Below are positions 39,501-48,258 of a stretch of 64,000 nucleotides of DNA, piece after piece. Both the position numbers and the translations under genes were made by a program. The stretch is from Bacteroidia bacterium (GTDB lineage: Bacteria > Bacteroidota > Bacteroidia > J057 > JANRLA01). Where the stretch lies: assembly GCA_033763015.1 (NCBI GenBank), contig JANRLA010000128.1, positions 1,562 to 65,561 on the forward strand. The letters are read 5' to 3'. The notes beneath the pieces were generated by a model. The model was not told the DNA's origin. It worked only from the letters and a program-made list of their open reading frames with translations, and made no database searches. The first letter of the stretch is position 1. Each line of letters begins with the position of its first letter.

Positions 39501-39912
39501 GGCGGGTGAGTACCTGCTCGGCCAGGGCCTCGGGGTAGGTAACCACCACCACGGGCTCACCGGCCGTTCGGCGCAGGAGGTCGAGCACCTCGGTGCGCTC
39601 GACAACGTTGGCGTTGTCGAGGGTATCGACCTGGTAGGGGCGTTTGGCGCTGGCCGGGAAGCTCAGCACACGGGTGGTGGGCAAGAGCTGCTCCAGGTCG
39701 TTTTGCAGGTACAGGGCGGCCTCGCGGTCGGCCATCACGACCCAGAGCGGGGCCGCGGTTTCGAGCTGCAGCGCGGCCAATACAAACGCATACTGGCTGC
39801 CTACGGGGCCACTTAAAGTGCAGCGCTGGGGGCCGGGGGCCCTCAGCGCTGTGGCCAGGGCTTGCAGGTCGGGCGATTGGCGGTAAGGGGCCAGCAGATC
39901 GGGCAGGTGCAT
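36541..39912 (-). CDS. mfd: Transcription-repair coupling factor Mfd
   Basis: Start taken at MHLPDLLAPY (ORF-track start 40074 adds 54 implausible aa). Walker A GDVGFGKTE, DEEH box LLVIDEEHKFGV. About 1123 aa. The last ~18 codons are AT-rich. Confidence 0.93.
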   Translation of the reverse strand: MHLPDLLAPYRQSPDLQALATALRAPGPQRCTLSGPVGSQYAFVLAALQLETAAPLWVVMADREAALYLQNDLEQLLPTTRVLSFPASAKRPYQVDTLDNANVVERTEVLDLLRRTAGEPVVVVTYPEALAEQVLTRQTLQKSTLVVQRGEAPGIEFVVEVLDDYGFEAVDTVYQPGQYAQRGGIVDLFAFNHETPHRLEFLGDEVESIRPFDPISQLSTGSQDELAILPNVTTRLHREALIPLSEFVASQTLWVLDDLRLTLEELDKVFTRAQQLYAALHTETGGNATQRPPAERFVPGPALKAALEGFKTLELGRRYYRDYAHELRWEGTPQPSFRKEFSLLFEHLRGLRAQGTGLFLTIDSEKQERRLREILATEEGLPQAQYLHPTLSAGFVDRQLNLALYTDHQIFERHHRFRSRQGFSRNQALTLKDLLELRPGDFVTHVHHGIGRFAGLTRITVGQAVQEAVRILYQDDDAIFVPVNTLHKISKYAGKEGSVPRLSKLGSGSWEKTKAKIKSRVKQLAFDLVALYAQRKRQTGTAFGPDTYLQTELEASFLYEDTPDQEKATEAVKADLEAPHPMDRLVCGDVGFGKTEIAIRAAFKAVVEGRQVAVLVPTTLLAMQHARSFAERMEGFGVRIDYLNRLKTKKEQTDVLNRLKAGTLDIVIGTHRLLSRDVAFKNLGLLVIDEEHKFGVAAKEKLRLFKASVDTLTLTATPIPRTLQFSLLGIRDLSIIATPPPNRKPVDTVVTGFDSELVRDAIAYELQRRGQVFYVHNRIKDLDEHAAMIKRLVPDARILVGHGQMDGEQLEEVMLKFIANEADVLVCTTIVESGLDIPNANTILISNAHTYGLSDLHQLRGRVGRSNRKAFCYLIAPPLSTLPTDARKRLEALEQFSELGSGLQIAMRDLDIRGAGDILGAEQSGFISEVGYDLYHRILNEAIQELKEEHFPELADHVPHAGAAVREATVETDQEVRIPDAYIPNVAERLGFYQRIAEADTEAALQTLARELIDRFGPIPAPTFALLDTLRIRALAQTLGFERVVLAEATLKCYFPQKPAEGYLNGPVFGSLLAYANAHPERLKLRQVRELLQLQAKPCPSVKDALFLLNEIQLHQNDQVLIK

Positions 39913-40146
39913 ACAAAAAATGACGGGCCCAGCCCCGTGGGGTGGGGTGGGCGTGCTGTGGCAGGCTAACCCCGCCAGGGGTGTGCAAAGTTCGGGTGCG
40001 GGTTGCAGCTCTGCACGGGGCGTTGGCAAAGTTTGGGGTAGGGGCAGGCGTGCCAGTAGGTACTTTCGGCACAAATTCTGCTAGAATGCCCTAGGTATCT
40101 ACCGGCCAATTCGGTAGTTTTCTTGCTTCACTACCCACGAACAACC

Positions 40147-42186
40147 ATGCGCACCTTTCAACGAACCGTACTCGCCCTGGTGGTCGCTGCGCCTCTCTGG
40201 ACCCGTGCACAGACGCCCAAAGTATCGGCGTTTGAGTCTACGGCCCTGCCCGAGGTCGTCACCTCGGTAGCTTTTACCCCCAACAACCAGTACCTGCTCT
40301 TGGGCACTGAAAAGGGTGTGGTGGCCCGCAGCACGATGACACACCTGCGCGACGTGTCGCGCCTGTTTGTCTTGGGTGGCGACAAGCCCGTGGTCTCGCT
40401 GGCAGTATCGAACGACAACAAGTACGTGGCCGCGCTCAACGCACTGGGTCGGCTGGTGCTCTGGGAGGCCGCCACGAGCTCCAGCGCCGAGCTTTCGTTC
40501 GAGCTTTCCAGCTCCAACGCCAAGCCCCAGGTCGTCTTTAGCCCCGACAACAAGTATTTCGCGGTGAGCTCTAAGCTCAAGGTGGTCATTATGGAGACCC
40601 GCAGCCGCGCCATTGTCAAAGAGCGGCCTGCCGGGTTTGTTACTGGCCTGGCGTTTTCGCCCAATAGCCAGCAACTGCTAATGGGCCAGAGCATCAACGC
40701 CACGGTGACCGTCTGGGCCTTTGGCCCCGATAGCAGCTACACCCTGGGCGGCGCTGCGGGTAGCTGGACAGCCAAGGCCGGAAGTGTCCTCAGTGCCGAC
40801 TACAGCCCCGATGGCCGCTACATTGTTGCTACGTACAAGGGTGGCGGGGTAGCCCTCTACGATGCCCAAAGCCGGAAAGAGCTGGCTGCCAGCCAATTGA
40901 AAGACGATATCACCCTTGTACGCTTTACCCTTGATGGCCAGTACCTGGTTACGAGCAACGAAACGGGCAAGGTGAAGGTCTGGACCCTGCCCGACCTAAA
41001 ACTGAAGCTGAGCCTGCACGAGTACGAAAGCGCCCTGACCTCGTTCGCCCTCTCGGCCGATGGCAAGCACTTTGTCGGTACCGACGGCAAAGCCCCCAGC
41101 CTGTACGACCTGAGCTGGCTGCAACTGGGTAAGTGGAAACCGGCCGATACCGAAGGCCCCGCCATTGCGCTGCTGAGCCCCCGGGCAGGCAGCCAAACGC
41201 TCAACGACGGTGCGCTGTACGCGGGCTCGCCTCAGCGACGGATTAAGGTCTCGGCGCGTATTAACGACCTGTCGGGTGTGCAGCGAGTAGAAATCAACGG
41301 CAAACTGGCCCAGCCGACCGAGCCCGGCGGCAACCGCTACGAAAGCGAGGGCCTCATGGCGCTGGAGGAGAACACCTACGTGCCGCTCGAAATCCGCGCC
41401 GTAGACTCGGTGGGCAACGTTACCCAGCAACGCTACGGGGTTGAATACAAGCCGGTACAGTTGGTGGGCGCCGAGAACTACCACGCCCTCTTCATTGCGG
41501 TGTCTGACTACCAGGACGAGAAGATCCCGAGCCTAGACCAGCCCGTGGCCGATGCCGAGCGCCTGGCCAACGTGCTCGTGGACCGCTACACGTTTAAGCG
41601 TGAAAACGTCGAGGTGATCAAAAACCCCACCCGCGCCGAGCTTGTGCAGCGCTTTGAAGACCTGGCCGCCCGCGTGCAGAGCACCGACAACCTGTTGGTC
41701 TTCTACGCCGGGCACGGGGTGTGGGACGAAACCATGGGCCAGGGGTTCTGGCTACCCGCCGACGCCGAAGACGGCAACCGGGCCAACTGGTTCCCCAACA
41801 ACCAGCTCAAAGACTACATCGCCTCGATCCAGAGCAAGCACACGCTGCTCATTACCGACGCCTGCTTTTCGGGCGGCATTTTCAAGACCCGCGCCTTTGG
41901 CGAAGACGCCAGCCCGGCCATTGAAGAGATGTACAAGCTCAAGAGTCGCAAGGCCATGACCAGTGGTGCCCTGAAGCCCGTGCCCGACAAGAGCGTGTTC
42001 CTGGCGCAGCTCATCCAGCACCTGGAGCAAAACCCCGACGATTACCTGACCGCCGCCGAACTGTTCAACGGCTTCCGTACCGAGGTAATCAACAGCAGCC
42101 CTACCCACCAGGTACCGCTGTACGGTGAAATTGGCTCGACGGGCGACCAGGGCGGTGAGTTTGTGTTTATTCGCCGCAAGGAATAA
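40147..42186 (+). CDS. Secreted WD40-like beta-propeller plus caspase (peptidase C14) domain protein
   Basis: Signal peptide MRTFQRTVLALVVAAPLWTRAQ. About 7 propeller blades (e.g. VTGLAFSPNSQQLL, SADYSPDGRYIVAT, GKVKVWTL). C14 His/Cys dyad VFYAGHGV and LITDACFSGG. Confidence 0.85.
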   Translation: MRTFQRTVLALVVAAPLWTRAQTPKVSAFESTALPEVVTSVAFTPNNQYLLLGTEKGVVARSTMTHLRDVSRLFVLGGDKPVVSLAVSNDNKYVAALNALGRLVLWEAATSSSAELSFELSSSNAKPQVVFSPDNKYFAVSSKLKVVIMETRSRAIVKERPAGFVTGLAFSPNSQQLLMGQSINATVTVWAFGPDSSYTLGGAAGSWTAKAGSVLSADYSPDGRYIVATYKGGGVALYDAQSRKELAASQLKDDITLVRFTLDGQYLVTSNETGKVKVWTLPDLKLKLSLHEYESALTSFALSADGKHFVGTDGKAPSLYDLSWLQLGKWKPADTEGPAIALLSPRAGSQTLNDGALYAGSPQRRIKVSARINDLSGVQRVEINGKLAQPTEPGGNRYESEGLMALEENTYVPLEIRAVDSVGNVTQQRYGVEYKPVQLVGAENYHALFIAVSDYQDEKIPSLDQPVADAERLANVLVDRYTFKRENVEVIKNPTRAELVQRFEDLAARVQSTDNLLVFYAGHGVWDETMGQGFWLPADAEDGNRANWFPNNQLKDYIASIQSKHTLLITDACFSGGIFKTRAFGEDASPAIEEMYKLKSRKAMTSGALKPVPDKSVFLAQLIQHLEQNPDDYLTAAELFNGFRTEVINSSPTHQVPLYGEIGSTGDQGGEFVFIRRKE

Positions 42187-42226
42187 GCCTGACCCCTGCC
42201 AACCGACCCCATCCCACTATCGACCT

Positions 42227-44407
42227 ATGAAGCTACCTGGCGCTCCCTGGGTTGCCCTAGCCCTCACGCTTGGTGCCCTGTTTGGCCCCTCGGCCCAGGG
42301 GCAAAGCCTGAACGCAGGCTACAAAGCACTCGAGAATCGGAACTACAAAACGGCGTTTGAGGCCTTCAATGGCCGTATGGCCAAAGAGCCGGTGGCCGCA
42401 CGGGTGGGGATGGCCACCCTGTGCAGCACGCCCGATAGCAGCAACAGCTACTTCAACCTCGATACGGCCTTTACCAACGTCTTGACGGCCGAGGCGCTGT
42501 TCTGCCAGTTTGAACAGAAAGAACGCGACGCCCTGACCAAAGACGGCTTTACGTTCGAGCAGATACTCTCGCTACGCGACACAGTGTACAACCGGGCGTA
42601 CTGGCAGGCGCACCATGCCCACTCAGTGGCGGCGCTGGAGCATTTCCTGGCCTTTTACCCGGCCTACAACAAGCGCCGCGAGGTAGAGCTGGAGCGTAAC
42701 GCACTGGCCTACGCCGAAGCCCAGGCGACCAACACTGCCGCTGCCTACGCCGCGTTTCTGGAGCGCTACCCCACGGCACGCGAGGTAGGCGAGGCCCGGC
42801 GGCTGCTCGACCAGGCCATTTACCAGGAGACCGTGGCCCAGGGGACGCTCGAAGCCTACCTGGCTTTCTTGGAGAAGTACCCGCGAAGCAGCTTCAGCGG
42901 CTCGGCCCAGGATTCGGTCTACGCCCTGGAGGTCACCACCCGCGACGAGGCCACCCTGTACGGCTTTACCCAGAAATACCCCCGCAACCAAAACTACAGC
43001 CGTGCCTGGCGCGAACTCTACGAGATGGTGTGCTACGACTACCAGGAGAGCACCTACCTGGCGTTTTTGAAGAAGTACCCCACCTTCCCGAACAAAAGCC
43101 GGGTGTACGAAGACCTGGAGCTGGCCCGGCTACAGGTGCTTGAAACCCGGAAAGGGATAGGCTATGGGTTTACTTCGGTGCAGGGCGCCACGGTGCTCAA
43201 CCCCACTTTCGATTCGCTGCGCACCTTCAGCGAGAACGTGGTGGCCGTAAAAGGTGCCGAGGGGTGGCAGTACTACACCAAAGCGGGGCGACCTGCCTTT
43301 GCCGGTAACTTCCTCGCGGCACTCGATTTTCATGGCGGGTTGGCGGGTGCCCAAACCGAAACCGGTTGGGGCCTGTTGACCAAGCGTGGCACTTGGGCGC
43401 TGCCCCCCACGCACACTGCCGTGCTGTACCTGGGCCAAAACCGCTGGGCAGCCCAGCTAGACGGTACCTACCACCTGCTCGATGCCCAAGGTCAGCCCGA
43501 AACCGCCCAGGGGTACCAGGCCATTGCCCCGTATGTAGGCAAAACGGCGTGGGTGTGCCAGGGCGGCAAATTTGGGCTCATCGACTCGGCGGGCGCCTGG
43601 GTAGTGGCCGCCCAATACGACAGCCTTGAGGCTGGGCACATGTGGTCGGGCATCGTGGGCGCGTTTGCCGACGGTAAGCGCCACGCGGTGTTTACCGGGG
43701 GCGCCGACGAGGTGGCGGGCCCCTTCGATGCGCTGGTACCCATCCGGCCGGGGCTAGCCTTGGCGCGCACCGGTAGTACGTACGGCTACCTGAAGGCCGA
43801 CGGCACCTGGCTAGCCAAGCCCACCTACACCTGGAACGACACCCGCGCGGCACTCTTCCAGCGGGCCCCCGACGGCGCCCTGGGTGCCATCGTAACCCCA
43901 ACCGATACCACGCTTGCGGTGCTCGACGAAACGGGCGCAGTGGTGCAAGAGGGCGGCCATACGGCCTTGCGGCTGCTGCAGGGCAAGAACGTTGGGTTCT
44001 TGAAAGACGGAAAGTGGGGCGTCTTCGACCTCAAGGGCCGCACCGTGGTACCGGCCACCTACGAGGCGCTAGAGCCACTCGATGGACCCTTTGTGGCCAT
44101 CCGGGCGGCAGGCCGCTGGGGTGCCATCACGGCCGAGGGGCGGCTGGTGGTGCCGATCCAGTACGACAGCCTGCGCTACCTGCCCGGGGCTAACGTGTTT
44201 GTGGCGCACGAGGCCGACCAACTGGGCCTGGTTTCGACCAAAGGCCAGGTGTTGCACGAAGCGGTGTTCGACGCGGCCGAGGCAGTACTGCCCGAGGTGG
44301 TGCGTGTCACGGCGCTGGGCAAGCTGGCATACCTGAAGGTGGGCCTCTCGGCGGTGACGTACATCTGGAAAGAATCGGGCTTCCCGGAAACAGCGACCGA
44401 CCGGTAA
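42227..44407 (+). CDS. Secreted protein with TPR-like helical repeats and WG-containing (KWG-type) beta repeats
   Basis: Signal peptide MKLPGAPWVALALTLGALFGPSAQG. Repeated AYxxFLxxYP units. C-terminal repeats KFGLIDSAGAWVVAAQYDSL, KWGVFDLKGRTVVPATYEAL, RWGAITAEGRLVVPIQYDSL. Confidence 0.7.
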   Translation: MKLPGAPWVALALTLGALFGPSAQGQSLNAGYKALENRNYKTAFEAFNGRMAKEPVAARVGMATLCSTPDSSNSYFNLDTAFTNVLTAEALFCQFEQKERDALTKDGFTFEQILSLRDTVYNRAYWQAHHAHSVAALEHFLAFYPAYNKRREVELERNALAYAEAQATNTAAAYAAFLERYPTAREVGEARRLLDQAIYQETVAQGTLEAYLAFLEKYPRSSFSGSAQDSVYALEVTTRDEATLYGFTQKYPRNQNYSRAWRELYEMVCYDYQESTYLAFLKKYPTFPNKSRVYEDLELARLQVLETRKGIGYGFTSVQGATVLNPTFDSLRTFSENVVAVKGAEGWQYYTKAGRPAFAGNFLAALDFHGGLAGAQTETGWGLLTKRGTWALPPTHTAVLYLGQNRWAAQLDGTYHLLDAQGQPETAQGYQAIAPYVGKTAWVCQGGKFGLIDSAGAWVVAAQYDSLEAGHMWSGIVGAFADGKRHAVFTGGADEVAGPFDALVPIRPGLALARTGSTYGYLKADGTWLAKPTYTWNDTRAALFQRAPDGALGAIVTPTDTTLAVLDETGAVVQEGGHTALRLLQGKNVGFLKDGKWGVFDLKGRTVVPATYEALEPLDGPFVAIRAAGRWGAITAEGRLVVPIQYDSLRYLPGANVFVAHEADQLGLVSTKGQVLHEAVFDAAEAVLPEVVRVTALGKLAYLKVGLSAVTYIWKESGFPETATDR

Positions 44408-44455
44408 CGCGCTGCCCCCGGGCGGGCGTGGGCGCAGATTGCCCCATATTGCGGT

Positions 44456-44917
44456 ATGGCCGTAGAAATCCTCTCGCCCCACCAAGTTGAGGTCTGCCTG
44501 CGGCGCCTGGCGCTGCAGGTGCTTGAGCGCTACCCCGAAGCGCCCACGCTGCACTTGGTGGCGGTGCCCCCCCAGGGTTTACTCCTCACCGAGCGGCTGC
44601 AGCCTGAGCTGGAAGCCCGGGGCCGCAGCGTACGGGTAAGTATAGCGGGGGCAGCAGTACCCCTGGCCCCGGATGAGCCCCTGGTGGTGGTAGACGACGT
44701 ACTGAACACGGGCCGGACGCTCTACCGCGCGCTGCATCAGCTCGGCGAGGGGCCCCCGAGTGGCATCCAGGTGCTGGTGCTGGTAGACCGTGGGCACCGG
44801 CAGTGGCCCGTCGCCGCCGATTTTGTGGGCCTGCGCCTGGCCACCACCCTGCAACAGTACATCCGTGTGGCCGCTACGGGCCAGGGGGGGCAGTCGCTAA
44901 CGGCTTACCTCGACTGA
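44456..44917 (+). CDS. Phosphoribosyltransferase family protein (PyrR-like)
   Basis: PRPP-binding motif LVVVDDVLNTGRTL. 153 aa. Confidence 0.7.
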   Translation: MAVEILSPHQVEVCLRRLALQVLERYPEAPTLHLVAVPPQGLLLTERLQPELEARGRSVRVSIAGAAVPLAPDEPLVVVDDVLNTGRTLYRALHQLGEGPPSGIQVLVLVDRGHRQWPVAADFVGLRLATTLQQYIRVAATGQGGQSLTAYLD

Positions 44918-46230
44918 TGGCGTTGCCCCTACCCAGCCGTTACCCCGAGAGCCTGCTGCAGTACGCCTGGCAGCACCGGCGCTACCACGCCCAGAGCCTG
45001 CTGACCACCGAGGGCCAGCCGGTGTGCGTTGTGCGGCCGGGTACCTGGAACGCGGGGGCGGGCCCCGATTTTTTGCAGGCCCAGGTGCGCATCGGTAAGC
45101 TCGAGTTTCACGGCCATGTAGAGCTGCACGTGGCGGGTGCCGATTGGTACACCCACGGGCATGCCACCGACCCCGCCTACAACCCCGTCGTGCTGCACGT
45201 GGTGGCCCAACCCTCGGTTACCCCCCCGCGCCGGGCCGACGGCAGCCGAGTGCCCGAGGTGGTGCTCGGCGATCGGCTAGACCCCGCGCTGCTACTACGT
45301 TACGGCAAACTGGTGGCTACCGAGGGCCGCCTGCCCTGCGCCGCGTTCTTCGCCGAGGTGCCCGTGGTGGCCAAAAACGTCTGGTTCACCAGCTTGGGGC
45401 ATGCCCGGCTGCTGGAAAAGGCCGAGCACCACCGGGCCACGTGGGTGGCCGCCGCCCACGACTGGCGCCAAGCCCTATGGGTAGCCCTGGCAGGCGCCAT
45501 GGGCGGGCCCACGAACCGCCCAGCCTTCGAAACCCTGGCCCAGCGCGTGCCCTACACGCTTCTGGCCCAACACCGCGACCAGCCGCTGGCCCTCGAGGCG
45601 CTGCTGCTGGGGGCTGCGGGCCTGTTAGAATCGCCCGAGGACGACTACGCGCAGCAGTTGGCCCAGCAGTGGGCCCACTACGGGCGGCTGCACCAGCTTA
45701 CGCCCCTGGCGCCGGGTGTGGTCTCGTTTGGGCGAATGCGTCCGGCGGCCTTCCCGAGCCTGCGGCTGGCCCAGCTGGCGGCCATTGCGGGCCAGCGCAC
45801 CGATTGGCTGGCGCTGCTCACGGCCACCACCGCCGAGCTTGGCCAGTGGCTACAGGTGCCGCCCAGCGCCTACTGGCAACACCACTACCGGCTAGGGGTG
45901 CCCACGGCACGCCCCATCCGCGGGGGCCTGGGGCAGGCGCAGGTGCACCACCTCCTCATCAACACCCTTTTGCCCTTTGCGGTGCTCTACCACACCGAGC
46001 GTGGCGACTACGCCGCGGTAGAAGCCGCTGGCGAGCAGCTCGCCGGCCTCCCCCACGAAGCTCATGCCCTTGCCCGCCTGTACGCCGGGTTGGGGTACCG
46101 CGCGCCTTCGGCACTACACACCCAGGGTGCGGTGCACCTTCACCGGCACTACTGCCAGCCCAGGGCCTGTTTGCGCTGCACGGTAGGGCACCACATTTTA
46201 CAACCTACCGATGACCACGCGCGTACCTAA
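44917..46230 (+). CDS. DUF2851-like protein
   Basis: Start at MALPLPSRYPESLLQYAWQHRRY (ATGA-type overlap TGATG with the upstream stop). N-terminus and size fit my recollection of DUF2851. Confidence 0.55.
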   Translation: MALPLPSRYPESLLQYAWQHRRYHAQSLLTTEGQPVCVVRPGTWNAGAGPDFLQAQVRIGKLEFHGHVELHVAGADWYTHGHATDPAYNPVVLHVVAQPSVTPPRRADGSRVPEVVLGDRLDPALLLRYGKLVATEGRLPCAAFFAEVPVVAKNVWFTSLGHARLLEKAEHHRATWVAAAHDWRQALWVALAGAMGGPTNRPAFETLAQRVPYTLLAQHRDQPLALEALLLGAAGLLESPEDDYAQQLAQQWAHYGRLHQLTPLAPGVVSFGRMRPAAFPSLRLAQLAAIAGQRTDWLALLTATTAELGQWLQVPPSAYWQHHYRLGVPTARPIRGGLGQAQVHHLLINTLLPFAVLYHTERGDYAAVEAAGEQLAGLPHEAHALARLYAGLGYRAPSALHTQGAVHLHRHYCQPRACLRCTVGHHILQPTDDHART

Positions 46231-46681
46231 GCTGGGGTTACTGGTACTGGTGCTGGGGGTTTGCTCCCTGGGTTTGCAGGCCCAAGAGGCACCGCTCGAC
46301 GCCACACCGGGGCTTTTGGGCCTGCGCCTGGGCCAGGCCCTCGATTCGGTACCCGTGCCCCTAACGCCCAAGAAGGGCAAGGCCCGGGGTGCCCAGCGCT
46401 ACCTGGCCCAGCCGCCCGAGGGCCTCAAGGCTGGCCTGGCGCTGCTGCGCGAGGTGGTGGTCTTTGGGTACAAGGGGTATGTCATTGGGCTGGACTACAA
46501 AACCGGTAGCCTTGACGATAGCCACGCGCTCTTGGCCTACCTCGAAGAACTGTTTGGCCCAGGGACCCAAGACGGCTACGCCCCCAGGTACCGCTGGAAG
46601 ACCCAAACCTACCAGCTGCTCTACGACCGCAACCTCTTTACCGGCGAGGCCCGGGCAACCTTCGAATACCTGCAGGAATAA
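46211..46681 (+). CDS. Hypothetical secreted protein
   Basis: Signal peptide LLVLVLGVCSLGLQAQ. No recognisable domain. Confidence 0.5.
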   Translation: MTTRVPKLGLLVLVLGVCSLGLQAQEAPLDATPGLLGLRLGQALDSVPVPLTPKKGKARGAQRYLAQPPEGLKAGLALLREVVVFGYKGYVIGLDYKTGSLDDSHALLAYLEELFGPGTQDGYAPRYRWKTQTYQLLYDRNLFTGEARATFEYLQE

Positions 46682-46688
46682 GAGCAAC

Positions 46689-46719
46689 AAAAAAACGCCC
46701 GGCAAAGTTGCCGGGCGTT
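46689..46719 (-). terminator. Intrinsic terminator between convergent genes
   Basis: AACGCCCGGCA-aagt-TGCCGGGCGTT, an 11-bp perfect stem. The A-run 46689-46695 gives a U-run on the minus strand after the DUF2911-like gene. Confidence 0.8.
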
Positions 46720-46742
46720 GAGGGTGTGGTAGCGACGGACGG

Positions 46743-47228
46743 TTACTGGACGGCGACTTCGACCTGCACGGTGTCCCACCCGATGACTAGTTTGCCATCG
46801 GCGTAGTGGATGTCAAGTTTTTCGATCACCGGCACGGTTTTGACTGGGGCCGTCACACGCAGCACGTCTTTCGTTGCGTCGTAGTTGTAGGCGCCCCATT
46901 GTTTGGCGACGCTGTTCAGGATGATGGTCCACTCGTTTTCCGTAGGGATCGTGAACAGGCTGTAGGTGCCGGCTTTCACGGGCTTGCCACCGAAGGTGAC
47001 GTCGCGGCTGAAGGTAATGGTCGTCGCTTCGTTGGCACCGGTGCGCCACACCTGGCCGTAGGCTTCGAGGCCACCGAAGATGACGCGGCCCTTTTTGCTG
47101 GGCTGACCGTACGAGAGGGCCACGAGGTCGGTTTTGGTTTCGACGCGGGGGCTGGCGGGCGGGTTTTGCTGGGCCGTGGCCAGAAGACCAAACGCCAGCG
47201 CTACGAGGGTAAAGGCAAGTGTTTTCAT
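46743..47228 (-). CDS. DUF2911-like secreted protein
   Basis: Signal peptide, then VWRTGANEATTITFSRDVTFGGKPVKAGTYSLFTIP. Confidence 0.65.
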   Translation of the reverse strand: MKTLAFTLVALAFGLLATAQQNPPASPRVETKTDLVALSYGQPSKKGRVIFGGLEAYGQVWRTGANEATTITFSRDVTFGGKPVKAGTYSLFTIPTENEWTIILNSVAKQWGAYNYDATKDVLRVTAPVKTVPVIEKLDIHYADGKLVIGWDTVQVEVAVQ

Positions 47229-47295
47229 GGTAGCAAGGTGCGGCTTAGGTGTTGGAACAACTGTTAATCAGTTCCTAAGGCCCTGCTAACGAAGC

Positions 47296-48099
47296 TTACG
47301 CCTCCTCGCGTTCGGGCTCGTAGGTGCTGTGGGCGTAGCGTTCGGGCTGGCCGGTGCTGGCGGGCTGGCCTTTGGGGCGGCGGGTTTTGGGCCCGGCCGC
47401 GTTGATGCTATCGAGCGTGGCTTTGAGCTCCTCGCTACCCAGGTTGTACTTGCATACGTGTGCCAGGCCGCAGGTCGCGCAAGCCGGTTTGCGGGCATGG
47501 CACTGGTAGCGCCCGTGCAGGATGAGCCAATGGTGTAGGTCGCCCAGCACATCGAGCCCATCGCCCACGTGCCGCTGAAATTCGGGTAACAGCTTCACGA
47601 GCTGCGCCTCGACCTCTTTGGGCGATGCCGCCCGGGTGGGCACCAGCCCCAGCCGACGAGCGACGCGGAAGACGTGCGTATCGACGGCAATGGCAGTGGG
47701 CTCGCGGAAGACGACCGATAGAATGACGTTGGCTGTCTTGCGGCCTACACCCGGCAGGGCGGTCAGCGCCTCGAGCGTATCGGGCACCGCGCCGCTGTGC
47801 TGGTCCACCAGCTGCCGGGCCATCCCCACCAGGGCCTTGGCCTTGTTGTTGGGGTAACTGATGCTTTGAATGAGCGGGAAGACCTCTTCGGGGGTTGCGC
47901 CAGCCAGCGCATCGGGCGTTGGGTAGCGCCGGAAGAGCGCAGGCGTTACCAGGTTCACCCGTTTATCGGTACACTGGGCCGAGAGGATGACCGCCACCAG
48001 CAGTTCAAACGGGCTGCCGTACACCAGTTCGGTTTCGGGTTTGGGCAGTTTGGCCTGAAAGTAGGCCACTACCGACCGGATGCGTTCTGTGAGCTTCAC
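47296..48099 (-). CDS. nth: Endonuclease III
   Basis: GTG start at 48099 gives (M)KLTERIRSV...ELVYGSPFELLVAVILSAQCTD. HhH-GPD motif LPGVGRKTANVI. 4Fe-4S motif CHARKPACATCGLAHVC. The ORF-track 5' extension to 48543 was rejected. Confidence 0.88.
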   Translation of the reverse strand: MKLTERIRSVVAYFQAKLPKPETELVYGSPFELLVAVILSAQCTDKRVNLVTPALFRRYPTPDALAGATPEEVFPLIQSISYPNNKAKALVGMARQLVDQHSGAVPDTLEALTALPGVGRKTANVILSVVFREPTAIAVDTHVFRVARRLGLVPTRAASPKEVEAQLVKLLPEFQRHVGDGLDVLGDLHHWLILHGRYQCHARKPACATCGLAHVCKYNLGSEELKATLDSINAAGPKTRRPKGQPASTGQPERYAHSTYEPEREEA

Positions 48100-48258
48100 G
48101 GCTGTCGTCTCTACGCAAAAAGTACGCCATAGGGCGCTAAAGCGTTCGGGTGTCCGCCGATACTTGCAAGCCGTTAACACCCCCCCGCGCCTGGCTGCCA
48201 GTAGCAGCTGCCGTGGCCGTTGAAGGCGGCACCTACGCCGTGCTAGCTTGCACCCGTT

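Noticed and set aside
40099-40124. Hairpin CTACCG-gccaatt-CGGTAG followed by TTTTCTT just upstream of the WD40-caspase gene, terminator-like
   Set aside because: There is no co-directional upstream gene to terminate (mfd is divergent). The stem is only 6 bp, so it could be chance or a minor 5' UTR structure.
44456-46230. Translationally coupled PRTase plus DUF2851-like pair as a possible defence module (PRTase domains occur in some defence effectors)
   Set aside because: Composition is native. As far as I recall, both families are broadly conserved core genes in Bacteroidota, and nothing else in the neighbourhood is defence-like.
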